Below are positions 1 through 13,123 of a stretch of 64,000 bases of DNA, one piece after another (the first letter of the stretch is position 1; every line of letters starts with the position of its first letter). Source of the DNA: Gordius albopunctatus (Eukaryota); contig OZ193909.1 in the NCBI GenBank assembly GCA_964276515.1, positions 14,818,001 through 14,882,000 on the forward strand. Reading direction: 5' to 3'. Made by a program: the position numbers and the translations under genes. The notes beneath the pieces were generated by a model that saw nothing but the letters and a program-made list of their open reading frames with translations, did no database searches and had not been told where the DNA came from.

Positions 1-862
1 TTCAAACATTAAATCAAAGTCATTTTTTTGCTTATTTTTCACGTCAATTATTATTATAGGACGGTCGTGCCCCCTCCTGCGTGGCTAAATAAATTTAAAA
101 AATCTAATTTTGTCATTTTTTCGCGTTAAATAAGGAGAAAAAACAAAGTGCCAATAAATGTTGGTATATCTCAGTTTTTCGGACCTCTAAGAAGTGCTCT
201 GTCCCTAACTCCTAACAAGGTTATTGTCCTCGATTATTTGGTGTTAGGTAGCGCCCCCGGGCTCCGTGTTGTTTTTTGTTGAGCCTTTAACCTAAGCTCT
301 TCTACACTTCGTTGAAAAACATTTAATTTGCTGTGAAATTTAAGCAGGGGAGTAAAACCGGCCTTAATGTTTGAGGGCTTGGCTACGTCCATCCTTATAC
401 CGATTGCTTTAAGTTTTTATGAATTATCTGAGTACACTGATAGCTTATTGACCAAAGTAAGGTTTGTGGGCAATGCTTTTTTACGACCCCTCATCATATC
501 TCAGTTTTTAATGCTGTATATCTAGGCATATTTTAAACAAAAAGAGGATTTGCTTAGGAAGTTAGGGAATATTCGTATGTTTCGGAAATAAGCGAGATTA
601 ATGATATTGCTCCGGGCTCGATTCGGGGCAAAAATAAAAATGGCTTTTCGCCTCTGACCGTACTACTCATACAAATTAACGTAAGACAGTGGTCATTTTA
701 TGGAGCATTTTAAACCTGGACTGTGGATTTTTAAAATAACTAAATAAAGATGGAATACATGTGAACAACAAAGTGAGTTTAAAATAACCTTATTTTTTGT
801 CGAACTTGACATTATGATAATAAATTAATTAAGGAATTAAAAATTGATTAATAAGCATCGGC

Positions 863-1262
863 ATTAAACACCAGGGAATGAAACTTATAAAAGTCACAGA
901 GATGAGAATTCTACGGTGGAGATTGGGGTAAACTAAGCTCGACCATATGACGAATGACTTTCTCATGCCAAAAATGAATATTCAATCTATGGCGGACATG
1001 ATTGACGAAAATCAGTTTAGGTTATATGAAAATATACTAAGGGGGACACGAATGACCTAAATCGAAAAGTACTGGACATGAAGGTGCCGGATAAGAGAGG
1101 AAGAGGACTACCCCGTGTCACGTGGAACGGGCAAGGCGATAAAGTTATCAAAACTAAAAAGTAGTCAAGACATGGCACTCACCTGGTCAAGATGCAAGAA
1201 ACTTATCAAAACAAATCCCACCAATGTGGGACCAAATAACTGATAAAGAAGAAGAAGAGGAG
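863..1262 (+). mobile_element. RTE-clade LINE, 3' fragment (degenerate RT C-terminus, 3' UTR, short GAA tail)
   Basis: Decayed EMRILRW...KLDH...KRGRG.PRVTW coding remnant with stops, ending in gaagaagaagagg at ~1247-1262. It is a near mirror image of the minus-strand copy at 1304-1661. Confidence 0.8.
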
Positions 1263-1303
1263 ATATTTATATAGGCAAAATATGTAAAGCAAAGCAATAA
1301 AAA

Positions 1304-2036
1304 ATTTGTTTTGATAAGTTTCTTCCATCTTGCCCGAGTGAGTGCCATGTCTTGACTAATCTCTTTAGTTTCCATAACTTTATCAACTTGCATTTTCCAC
1401 GTGACACGGGATCGTCCTCTTCCTCTCTTCCCCGATATCTCCATGTCCAGTAATTTTTGATTTACGTCATCAGTGTCCCTTTTTAGTATATGCCCATACC
1501 ACCTTAGCCGATTTTCGTTAATCATGTCCGTCATAGGTTGAATACCCATTTTTGTCATGAAAAAGTCATTCTTCATATGGTCGAGCTTAGTATACCCCAA
1601 GCTCCACCTTATCATTCTCATCTCTGTAGCTTGTAATAGCTTTCCTTCCGTGTTGTTTAATTTTTATGTTTCACTTCCATAGAGTAACATTGGTCTTACG
1701 ATGGATTTGTAAGCTTTGCTCTTCAACAATATTGACATTTTCTTGTCGCTCATTACATCGGATATACTTCGCCATTTAAGCCATCCTTTTTAGGTCCGGG
1801 AATTGAGTTGCGCAACCTCCCTCTTGATGTAGCATCGAGCCGAGGTAAGTAAACCTGTCTACTTTTGGGTACTTTAGATGGTCATCCAGCGATGGAGTGC
1901 CTGTACCGTTCATTTCCATGTATACCGTTTTTCGTTCGTTGACCTTTAAACCATATCCAGCTAAACGCTTTGACCACTTTTCAGCTTCTTCGAATACTTT
2001 CTCCTTTGTTTCCTCGCATATTACTATATCATCGGC
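1304..2036 (-). mobile_element. RTE-clade LINE fragment (RT from the ADD motif to the C-terminus), frameshifted
   Basis: ORF 1776-2087 gives SADDIVIC...GLKVNERKT...FTYLGS and ORF 1187-1621 gives EMRMIRW...RLRWYGHI...RGRGR..TW, both typical RTE RT/thumb motifs. Truncated near 2036 where a hAT-like end begins. Confidence 0.85.
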
Positions 2037-3345
2037 AGAGTTGTTAAGGTGCGCGCACCGGATTTGCGGTGCGACGTGCTGGTGCATGCACTTTGCAATA
2101 GCGCTTCTGTTTTGCGCACATTAAGAGTTTTACAATTTATTATTTACACTTTTGAACTCGTCGCTTAATAAATAAACTATAGAAAAACACTAAAACAATT
2201 GAAGTTGAAGTTTAATAAGATTAGAAGATTAAAAACAGAGACAGGTAATTTGATTAAAGAATCAGAATAAAATATTTAAATAATGATAATATATTTAATT
2301 CAGCGTTTTTTGGAACATTGTCATCTCTCGTTACTATCTTAATATTTCAAACACTTTTAAACCTATCTTTGCTATCGTAAGTTTAACCAAATATAATTAT
2401 CTAATTAAAATTAATTTTTATTAAAATATATTAAATTAGTTAATTAATTTTAATTAAATATTGTAAACTTCACTAAAGAGGTAATTCGGGAAGAAGCCTT
2501 GGTGAAATATGTCATCAACACAATTCAGCCTCTTTCAATTGTGGATAATCCATCCTTTAGAAAGCTACTAAGTGCTTTCTAAAAATCTCCTGTTGATGTC
2601 ATGTGTCGACAGACATTGACATCTAGAATCACTTGTAGGTTCAATAAGTTAATTGCTAAAATCAAAGAGTTTGTGGTGGCCCGTCAACTTGCCGAAAACC
2701 ATCTCGCCGAATTTAATGTCCCCGGTTAAAAAAGGTCCCCCATTTTGTGATTGGTTGAATGGGGGACGATTTTAATTTAGTTCGGCGAGTTGATAGGGCA
2801 CCTGAGTTTATTTGTACAACAGCTGACTGCTGGAGTACTGGTAGAAGGTAATGATTTATAAAAAGTCTAATATTTTTATACTCAAATTTATTTAGAGCTT
2901 ATTTAGGCTTAACAGCACACTGGATTAATCAAAGCACCTTAGAGAGAAAATCAATTGGATTGTGTCTTAAAAGGATACAAGGAAAGCAAACCTATGATGT
3001 GATTCTAAGAACATCATTGATGTACATAGCAATTTAAAATTCACAACAAAGTTGTTCAAACCATTACTGACAATGGATCCAATTTTGTAAAAGCCTTTAG
3101 GTACTAATTTTTTCTTAAAAAAATAAAGCATATGTTATAGGGTGTATGAAGAAGAGACAATACATTCTGATGTTCAGGAACAAGATGAAGATTTAGAGAG
3201 TGTGGATATTGAAGATATAACAAGTAATTGTCCTGAAGAAGAATCGGAACATTTGCCAAAACATGGGCGCTGTGCTTGTCATTGTCTTAATTTGGTAGCC
3301 AGTGTTGATATCAAGGAAGCTTTTTTGAATAAGAATTTTTAAAAA
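2036..3345 (+). mobile_element. hAT transposon remnant with intron-containing transposase pseudogene
   Basis: Starts cagagttgttaa, similar to the TIRs at 15497 and 48901. Motifs QPLSIVDNPSFRKLL, TTADCWS, YLGLTAHWI, ITDNGSNFVKAF and RCACHCLNL (hAT CxxH) are present. GT-AG introns at 2848-2895 and 3101-3140 restore the frame. A matching right TIR was not found. Confidence 0.8.
2675..2802. mobile_element. MITE with 9-bp TSD (Mutator-like), inserted in the hAT transposase
   Basis: TIRs ggtggcccgtcaacttgccgaa / ttcggcgagttgatagggcacc. Flanks agagtttgt / tgagtttat match 7/9. Removing it restores IKEFICTTADCW. A second family member is at 20496-20757. Confidence 0.7.
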
Positions 3346-3949
3346 TTTGACGATACATTCACAAGAAGCTATAATACTGTACGTGTATTACATTATTCTT
3401 CATAAGACCTATCTTTGATTTACCCTTTATCGATTAACTTTCCCTTGCAGGTTTTATTTTACTATTTACATCATTCGAGGTCAATTGAGAAGCCTAAAGC
3501 TTAGGTTAGAGCCTAAAATTAACTTAATAAAAATAAAGCAAACTAACAATGAAAATACAATTTATTTCAATTATTTAATTTTAAAGGGGAAATCGAGATT
3601 TGAGTTCCCAATATATACCTACCTCTATACATTGTTTTATTTTAAATTGCCACCATTTTGTAACATATTCCTTTTGTGTGCAATGTAGCGCGACTGATAG
3701 TGGTTGTATTTCAGAACAAATTATTTGCTAAGTATTTTATTCAAATTGCTAAGTACTTTTGTAAAAAAAACACCCAAAGGGTGTTGGGTGAATTATTTTG
3801 GTCGACGTTTGGCGTTTTTACAAAAAACACTCTTAGCGTTTAGGTGAATTATTTTGGTAACCTTTTGGTTTTATTCTTTTTGGGTTTTATCATTTTTAAT
3901 AAAAAAAAATAAAATAAATCAAGAACTTTGCCCCTCCCTTTTTTGTCCA

Positions 3950-4320
3950 GCTCTAGCGCATTTAAGTGCTATCGGCTATAGCTTTAGCGCCTCAAACCTC
4001 CCATCTCCTATAGCTTATAGCACTTAAAGTGACTATGTGCTAGTAGACATAGCGTATATAATAGGCTACTCCCATCAACTGGGAGATGCTAAGCGCGCTA
4101 TTACTAAGCGTTTTCCCATCACTAAACCTAATAGCGTTTAATTTTACACTCTAACCTAAGCTTTACGTTAGTCTACACATATTGGCCTCAAGGTTTGAGG
4201 TTGATATTGACGGATAACCTCAAGGCAGAGATTAGCGTTTTTAAAAGACCTCAGAGTTTTTTTAAAAAACCTAACCTATTAAGTTAGGTCGACAAAACCT
4301 GAGGTTTTCCCATCACTAGA
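3950..4320. mobile_element. Stacked hAT-like terminal fragments
   Basis: Two copies of ttttcccatcacta (ending ~4123 and ~4318; reverse complement TAGTGATGGGAAAA), preceded by subterminal tagc/gcta and aacct repeats. No partner ends found. Confidence 0.45.
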
Positions 4321-5308
4321 GCGAATTGCTATAACATTTCGCAAGACGAAATTTGTTTAGTTTGTTTTCGCTTAGCGCGTCCTCACGAACTCCTCCTAAT
4401 AAATTAAAAATGTGAGTTATTAAAATAAATCTCCCGACGAAATTCATAAAATATATTTATTTGAGGTTAGCGTTTCTAAAAGACCTTAGAGGTTTTCAAG
4501 GAACCTAACTCAACCTAAGCTTGACCCGGGGTTGACTTACGCCTAACTTTTTCCAATCAATAATTCGCAGGTGATTTGTTCATGGGGTGTACGATTTTTT
4601 AAAATTAAGTTTTAGAATCATGGCCCTGTTAGATCGAAAAAATTAGGCCTATTTAAGAAATTCGTAATACATTTTGATCTTCAGATACTATACCTATCTT
4701 TAAAACTATTCTAATTCTAATTATAAAAAAATTAATGACATGACTACTACGGGGAATATATCAATGCAAAAAAAATAAGGACAACAAAGCCAAATGACTC
4801 CATATTTTCTAATAAATATTAAAGTTTCTTGACCGTTAATATAAATTTTTTTCTATAGCTATTTGTCATACTTGGTGGTCAGCTCCTTCAATAATATTTC
4901 CAAGTATTCCTGCACTTACACTTTAGCTCGCACCTTTTCAAGTGCATATCAATTTTATGTTTTAGAATCCATATGCTAATAAGGAGGAAACCATTTAAAC
5001 AGTTTGTGACAAAATCAGATAGAGCTTCTATTCTCATAACTTAAGAATACTAGTGTGATGGAGGTGTAATATACTTCACTTTTAAGAAACTCCATGTTCA
5101 CAAACACTTTATAATGTTTCCATATCACAAAAGGTAAGCAATGTATACCTTACAAGTTTTAATATGACCTTTTTTAAATCCTTTGAACCTTTAACCAATT
5201 ATGAGCATTCATTTATTTCAAACAAAAGTTTCCTTAAAATGCTGAAAAGAGAAAGTGATTTATTAAATCCTCTGTAAGACTCTTCACCTCATAACCTAAA
5301 TTATCAAT

Positions 5309-8300
5309 ATGACATTAATCAAAGCTCTCTGTCCCTCCTGCAATAGGAAAATATACATAAACAAAAATAATTGTTTTTTATTACATGGCCCCACAACATT
5401 TAGATGCCCTTTATCTGGTAAGAGTGTACCCCCAATTATTCCTAAACCCCCCTTAACTCTTAATATTGAAGAAATAAATGAACCTTTACCCCTTATAACA
5501 CCACCTGTTTTACCTCAACCCTCTAATTATTATATTAGTGACATAGAACCTAATTATACATGGAGCAATGCCTTCCTAGCTCAATCCTTTACTAATACTA
5601 TAAACAGAATCCCACGCGGAGCTCGCCCTGCAATGCAACAATTACTTATAAACCTTATCAAATTAATTTCTGATAATCCAGAAAACCCTGAAGGTTGGGA
5701 TACACTATTTAATTTAGCTTCAAAGATTTTGTTTATTCCTCCAAACAGAGATACCAATTTATCCAAACATATAAAAGATGCAATTCTAAATTTCAACAAC
5801 GGAATATCCCCTCCAACGTCAAATAAACAGTCATCAAAGATAGACATATCCTTATCACAAAGAGCAAATCAAATCTCAAAAAAATCAACTCTTACAATTT
5901 AAGAGGTGCTTTGAATGTATTTTATAATAACCACACCATGGTACCTCCAAATCAAGATTCATTTAGCCGAATTAATATCTTGCACCCTTACTCAAATCAT
6001 ACATTTAAATACCCAAACAATCGCCATTGGGAGCGTATTTCGCCGTTTAATCTCTAAAATAATTTGCAAACGAATCAAACCCTCTTTGACCAATTCCCTT
6101 TTACCTCATCAATTAGGCTTTGGTGTGAAGGGAGGGCGTGAAGCTGCAAGCCACGCAGGTCGTATCACAATACAAAACCTTCATCCCGACCACTGTCTAG
6201 TAAAACTGGATTTCTCAAACGCCTTCAATCAGCTTAATAGAAACGTTTTTATGGAAAATTTTTTGGAAGAGTTTCCCCAATATGTAAATTATATCTTACA
6301 AAGCTACGGCTCACCATCCCTTTTAAATTTTGGCTCCTTTATAATTAAATCTGCTGAGGGCCTTCAACAAGGTGATCCCCTTGGGCCACCATTATTTTGT
6401 TGCGGGATAAAGAAACTTATTAACCTAATTTAGAGCCCTGCAAAGTCACATTTTTTCAACCCGACCCGACCCGAAAGCTTTTTTACTTTTTCAACCCGAA
6501 CCCGACCCGAAATCGTTTTTAATTTTTCAACCCGACCCGAAAGCGTTTAAAAATTTTTCAACCCAAAAACGACCAGATACGAAAACAGGTTGAGCACCTA
6601 ACAAAATCTATTTTCTTGTCATTTTCGTCATATATGAAATAGAATAATTGCCAAACCTTGGATTTACCCACCAAATTCTTTTCCACTCTAATGATTTTAT
6701 TGTCAATCAGCTTCTGTAATTTATGTGGATCCATAATAATTCACTTAATTAATTATAAATATTATAGGTATTATATATTTTACCTATGTAGAGTTTGAAA
6801 TTGGCCAGATACAAAAATAAGAAGTGAATTACAAGGAAATCAATTAAATAAATGAATGAGATTAATTAATGATACATTTCGATATTAATTAAAAAATGCT
6901 TTATATGTAATAGCATTAATTTGAAGGATATGTTTGTTATGCAATATAAGATTTATAACCTTCAACCCGAACCTACCCGAAACTATTATAAAATTTTCAA
7001 CCCGACCCGACCCGAAGGTATTTTAAAATTTTCAACCCGAACCCGACCCGGGCGTCGGGTCGGGTTTCGGGTCACCCGTGCAAGGCTCTAACCTAATTAA
7101 GGAACAATGCGATCTATCATTACATGTTTGGTACCTAGATGATGCGACTCTGGCGGGCAGCTATGATCAGGTCGCCAAAGCCATCACCATCATTAAAGAC
7201 TATTGTGTACCCTTAAACCTAACGCTCAACGAGGCCAAATGCGAAATCTTACAACCACCTGCTTGCGACCAATACTCGATTTTTAAACCTTATTCCACCG
7301 TGGCTAAGGAAAATCTTTCCATGCTCGGTTCACCCATAGGCGGATATCCGTGCTTGCAAGACTTTTTAAATAAACATTTAGCTTTTTTGGCCTCAAAAAT
7401 GGAACTTTTAAAATTGTTACCAATACATCACGCTTTTTTTATGATAAAAACTTTTTTAATATTTCCAAGATTCAGCATTGTTTTCGATCAGCTGCTGCTT
7501 TTTTACACACAGATATCCTTAAATTATACGAATCCACAATTAAAAATCTCCTAGAAAAAATTCTAAACTTATCTTTCAATGATACTAGCTCGTTACAAGC
7601 CACTCTCCCAACTAAATTTGGAGGATTAGGAATAAGGTTCCCCTTGACCATTAGCTTAGTAGCCTTTTTCTCGTCTTACAATTAATTGAAATATCTCGTT
7701 TTTAAATTGACCACCCATATGGAAGATTTCTTAACGCAATCAGCTTCAACATCATGGCTTGAAAATGTAATGCCAGGAACCATTATTCCAAATTCAGTCA
7801 AACAACGAGACTGGGATACCAGTATAGTGTCACGCTCCGTCGCTTACCTACTTTCGAGTTGTGACGCCGTACAGCACTCCAATCTCAGGTCACTAACGAC
7901 TGACTCTGGTCACGAATGGCTGGAATGCATTTCGAGCAAATTCTCTCGGCTCTTACTCTCAAACCCCGAAATTACTTACGCGATCGCCTTGAGACTGGGG
8001 ATCCCAATTTGCAAGCAATTGACTTGTAAAAATTGTAAGAAACAAATTGATGTTTGGGCCCATCACCCCTTACATTGTAAACTCAACAAATTCCGTTTCA
8101 TTCGCCATCAAAAGATCAACCTTTTGATCCAAACCGCTTTACTAAAAGCCGGATTCCCTTCCATTCTCGAACCATCAGAACCCACTCTTGAGGGTAGAAT
8201 GCGCCCCGATGGAACATCCACAATTTCATGGGATGATGGTAAGTTCCTATATTGGGACTTTACCTGCATCGACGTATTTGCACCCTCTAACAATAAAGCT

Positions 8301-8652
8301 GACCCACTAGCTCTAGCGGAAGCACGCAAATCCAATAAATACCGTGATATAATCCCTTCTAAAATTTTTATCCCTATCGTGGCTTCCTGTTCCGCTACTT
8401 TTGGCAAACAAGTATTAGCCTTTTTTAAATTGATAGGAAAGAGATCTCCCGAAGGAAAATACTCCGCAAGCTTTCTTTTGCGCCAAAAAATAGGAATTTT
8501 AATAGCCAAATACAACTATAAGGCATTTTCCGACACCTGGCCTCTGGCCCTCGATGAAGATGAAGAGTAGCCACGCCTTTTATTTATTTATTGATCGTGT
8601 TTTATATTTTTATTATATATAGACTTCACCTAATAAAGATTTTTAAAAAAAA
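5309..8652 (+). mobile_element. CRE-like non-LTR retrotransposon (N-terminal Zn finger, RT, Zn knuckle, restriction-like endonuclease), disrupted
   Basis: CPSC..LHG...CPLSG N-terminus; RT motifs HQLGFGVKGG, KLDFSNAFN, QQGDPLG, WYLDD; CKNC...H..HC knuckle; RH, RPDG...WD and K endonuclease motifs. Stop at 8570, AATAAA at ~8632, A-tail to ~8652. Contains frameshifts, an internal deletion near 6015 and a hAT MITE insertion. Confidence 0.88.
6431..7090. mobile_element. Non-autonomous hAT element (AACCCG subterminal repeats)
   Basis: TIRs TAGAGCCCTGCA / TGCAAGGCTCTA with a perfect 8-bp TSD acctaatt (6423-6430, 7091-7098). Excision restores KLINLIKEQCDLSLHVWYLDD. Confidence 0.93.
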
Positions 8653-9064
8653 ATTATGTTTCCATGTCCCCTCACAAACACTAGGGAGCGCATCTCACAG
8701 TGGACCCTTATAATGGTAAAGGTATTTAGTCTGTTTACTCTTTTAAAGCGCTGGTCTAAAATGGCGCTCTCCATCTTTCGCCATCCGGCAAAGCTATATA
8801 TTGTGGCAAGTTTCTTCTAATATATATAATTTGTTTCGCCCACAATTTATTAATAGCCATGCAAATGCAATTTATGGTATAAATTGCAGACCATTAGAGA
8901 AAATCTTATGTATCCAGGAACTTCTTTCTAAGATAATACGAAACAACCTAAATTTGAGTTTCAAATAAAGATAAATCTTTTCCCGGAAATTTTGTTTGAG
9001 GAAAGTTTTCGGAGAAATCTCGATAAAATACGGGAATTTGGGGGAATAACGGTAATGTAGACAT

Positions 9065-10469
9065 CAGAGACCAGAAATGCCCGGCCCGCTGCCCGGCCCG
9101 GAATTTTAATTTTCGGGCGGGCCCGGGCGGACACATGCCCAAAATTTTATCAAATTAATTTTCCTTGGAAAAATAAAAATTCGGTTATTAAAAATTTTGG
9201 GCCATAATAAATTTTACTAGATTTTTTTTCATCGCTTAAATCTTCATTGTATGTTTATATAATGTCCTAATTTCAATTTCTTCAAAATTAAATTTTATTT
9301 CGAATAAATTTGTTTAACTGGTTTGTCTCAAGATCAAAAATTTTTAATTTTAAGATTATATTATAAAAGAATAAAATCACAACGATTTAAACTGCCATGG
9401 GCGTAGACAGGGGGGGCAGGAAGGGGCAGTTGCCCCCCTCTAAACTCAAAAATTTGTTAAAATGTATTAAAATATGGCTAAATTTTCAAAAAATGATCAT
9501 TTTGCCCCTCCCTAAATCATTATTGCCCCTCTCTAATTTTAATGCTGGCTACGCCCATGTAAACTGCTACTCTAATCTAATACTATGGAAGAAACCATTT
9601 TACTCTCTGGTAGTAAATTATTTTATTACATTTTTATCGCGTTCAGTTAAATCTTTGCCCTACTCCATTATGGAAAGGATTGGATTATTTATATTTATGT
9701 AGTAGCCAAAGCCATTTCATTGTTCGCAATACACTACACATGTGTGCTGTCTAGACTTAGAACAAAGGCTCATGCCATTTTCTAATAATGCGGATAATTG
9801 TAATTCATTTAATTTCTTAACAACTAAAAAAACAAGATGGAAAAATAAAGCAAACAAGTCACATTAAAGTTATTAAAAATTATAACTATTTTAGGTATCC
9901 TAAATTAGCAAGGTTTAAAAAATACTCTTTGCCATCCCGGCGACGAGTGCTGCTAGTGAAAGAAGTTTCTCTATCGCAGGAAGATTAATAGAGGAAAGAC
10001 GCACAAGATTATCCCCGGAAATTGTCGACGATATGAATAATAAAATATTGTCATTTTTGTTTGGATCAATATGCCATTGCTTATTTTGTAATAGTGGCTA
10101 AAGATTTTGGGATTGGATAATTTCGGGTCTACCGGGAAAATTTTATTAATCAGGCCGGGCAGCTCTAATGGTTTGGGCATTGCTGAGCCAACACTTACAA
10201 GGGTTCAGGCGGGCAATTTAGTTAAAATAGGACCGGGCCGGGTTCGGGCAGAAAAATTTAAACTACTCCGACCTTTTTTGGGACCTCATAAATTCGGGAC
10301 TAACGGGCAAATTTAATATTTCGGGCCGGGCAATTCGGGCAGCTTTAACAATTCTGGCGGGCCCCGGCGGACACTTAGATGGGTTCAGGCGGGCCCGGGC
10401 GGGCAATGAAGGTAAAAAATTTAGTCGGGCCGGGTTCGGGCAGAAAATTCCCAACAAATCTGACCTCTG
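9065..10469 (+). mobile_element. Internally deleted hAT element retaining a C-terminal dimerisation-domain remnant
   Basis: Ends CAGAGACCAGA / TCTGACCTCTG; TSD gtagacat/atagacat (7/8); cgggc subterminal repeats; YPKLAR..AIPATSAASERSFSIAGRLIEERRTRLSPE at ~9895-10030. Confidence 0.88.
9396..9559. mobile_element. CATGGGCGTAG-family hAT MITE nested in the hAT element
   Basis: TIRs catgggcgtagacag / ctggctacgcccatg; perfect TSD taaactgc. Confidence 0.93.
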
Positions 10470-13123
10470 ATAGACATTTTATTCAATAAAAAATGTTTAA
10501 GATGAGGATTCGTAAAAATTACATGCTTATATAGCAATAATAATTAAAATATAATGATTGTATTTGTAAATAATTTTGCATTTACTACAAGTTTCAAAAA
10601 TTGCTATTAACATAAATGTTTTCTTGGTTTTTCTGACTTTAGCTAGATGATTTTAAATAATATTTGATTATTTAACTAACAGTGTCAATTAAAATTTTTA
10701 TTTTTTTATTTATAGTTAAATATTTATCAGTTACTAGCTGTGCCCGGCCAAGCGTTGCTTTGGCTTAGTCCTTATAACTAAATAATTAGTATGAATTAAT
10801 AAAAAATTTATGAAAAATTTTGCTTCAATCGTTTATGATGTAAAAAAATATAAGAAAAGACATACTTATTCATAATTAAATAGATTTGTAAAAGTTTAAA
10901 ATATTTATAAGGTATTTTTTAATTTTATATGTTGAAAAATGCGATGTTAAAGATAATATGCATAGTAGGGTAACAAAAAAAATTTTAAATCACTGCACTG
11001 GTGTATAGAAGTTAGTTATAATGTTCGACAATATATAGAAAATATTTTAGTACAGCGTTTATAGTATTGTAATGTTATAGCCTAGAATCTATAGTATCAA
11101 AAAAATATCCTTCGAATTTAGTTAAATGAAGGCTTTTATAATATTTGGTTAAAATGAGAAATAATTAGAAATTATACAAATTTCCGCGATATGAAAGCCA
11201 AATATTTATGTATGAGAAAAAATGTTAGAATTATAGGTATATTACTATACCTAGTAAAACATTGATCAGGTGAAGGTGTTATAGGTGAGGTATGATTATA
11301 ATAAAAACCAGTATAAAGATAATGAGTTTAGACCTGCAAGTGTAGTTAAAGTTTAAAAAGGGACTTATGGTATATTAATAAGGGTAGCCAGCATTGGGAT
11401 TAGAGGGGGGTAATAATAATTTAGGCAGAAGTAAAATGTTAATTTTTTGAAATGTTAACCATAATTTTAATAAATTAAAAAAAAATTGATTAGGATGGGG
11501 CAGCCACCCCTCCCTGCCTCCCTCTGGCTACGCCCATGTGTATATTAATATTTGATTGTACATATACGGTTTACAATTTACCTGAGAGATGTTAAGATAT
11601 GCCCAACCCGTCGGGCCAGGTTTCGGACGGGTGAAAGAAAACTATGCTTAAATTTACCTAAAAATAAGTTTGAATAAGAATATATTGGGAGATTGATATG
11701 GTTGGTGGGGAAGAAACATATTGGTTTTAGTAGATAGGCTAAAATGAAGATATATACAGCTTAACCTGTTATGAAGATATAAATCTTAAAAATACACATG
11801 TCCAGTCAAAATTGTGGCTTCTTTAACGTTGCACATCAAGCGTTTAACAGCGAGACGTAAACCATTGCAAAGTTTTGGCTGATTGAAATCGCACATCGCG
11901 ATACTTGGTATTGGTATGCCAATTTTCAAATGCAAAATGTGAGGTGGCATTCCTGCCAGATCATTTGAATTGAAAGATTGTTTTGCGTCAGCCATAACAA
12001 AAGCAGTGTCAACCGATTTGTAAGTAATTGGATTGCCTTGAATGTTAGACAGAATGAGATTGTTAAGCTCGTGGACGTCATTATTCTTGGGGGGGGGGGG
12101 GGAGAATAGCCCGTTGGCGGAGCCAAAGTCGATCATAATAATGGACGTTAATATTTGGAAATACTTTATCAACCAAGCAGTTTAGATGGAACATAATTGC
12201 AAATTTTGGTTGGAAGAGAAATCCGTCCTGAGCATTAATCAACGTGCACGGTTCCCTTCCCAATTTTTAGCAATTAATGGGAGAATATCTCACATGCAGG
12301 ATGATTTTGAAATACTACACGCATATTAGTATTTAGATTTAATGTTTTGACATAAGGCAACAAAATAGAATATTTTAGGCAGGCATTAATTTCGTCCGCA
12401 GGGATGGATCGTAAGAGAACCGGTAAAGTTTGCCTGAAATCTCCTGCAAGCAATAACCTTGCGTTACCAACAGGTTTGAGGGTTCTTTGTAAACCTTGCG
12501 ATTACCGATTAGAGCTTAGAGCGATTTTTCATAATCCATTTTGCATTCATCCCAAATGATAAATTTGCACTTCTATAATACTCTACCCATTCCATAGTTT
12601 CTGGAAATGTTGCACATTAGAGTTTCAAGGTAATAAGCGTTTGAAGTCAATTTTTATGCTGAATGAGCAGTTTTTCTATCGGGTAATTATGTGAAAGCCC
12701 TTCCGGAAGACGCAAGAGTCACGGCTATATTAATTCGGGAACGAATAGTTGCCAGAGCAATGTCAGTAGGAAAGTTTTACCAGTTCCTCCTCAAGCATCT
12801 AAAAAGAAGACTTCTCCTTAACCTTAATTAACAGCAAGCAAAATTTTATTGTAAATGTCTTTTTGTTGCGTCGCTATCATTGGAACATTAGATCGGATGA
12901 AAGACAAAATATCATCTTGGTTGTATTTTTGTTTACGATGTAAGTTTATATGAAATGGAGCAGCAGCAGATCGACATAATGCAGATATACACAGTTGATT
13001 CAAAGCTTTCTTTCGAATTTGTTAGCATAAATTTTATAATTTTGTAGCCTTTGATCCATGTTTATATTGTGCGTTGTATACGTTTAGTAGCAAAAGACAG
13101 TCCAGGTTTTGGATTAGGGAGGG

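Noticed and set aside
5092..8681. TSD for the CRE-like element (tcacaaacact and atgtttccat occur on both sides)
   Set aside because: The two short matches occur in swapped order upstream versus downstream, so they do not form a clean duplication.
8948..10457. Short GC-rich ORFs (8948-9142, 10107-10316, 10263-10457; likewise 42839-43057, 58695-58913)
   Set aside because: Chance frames through hAT subterminal cgggc repeats.
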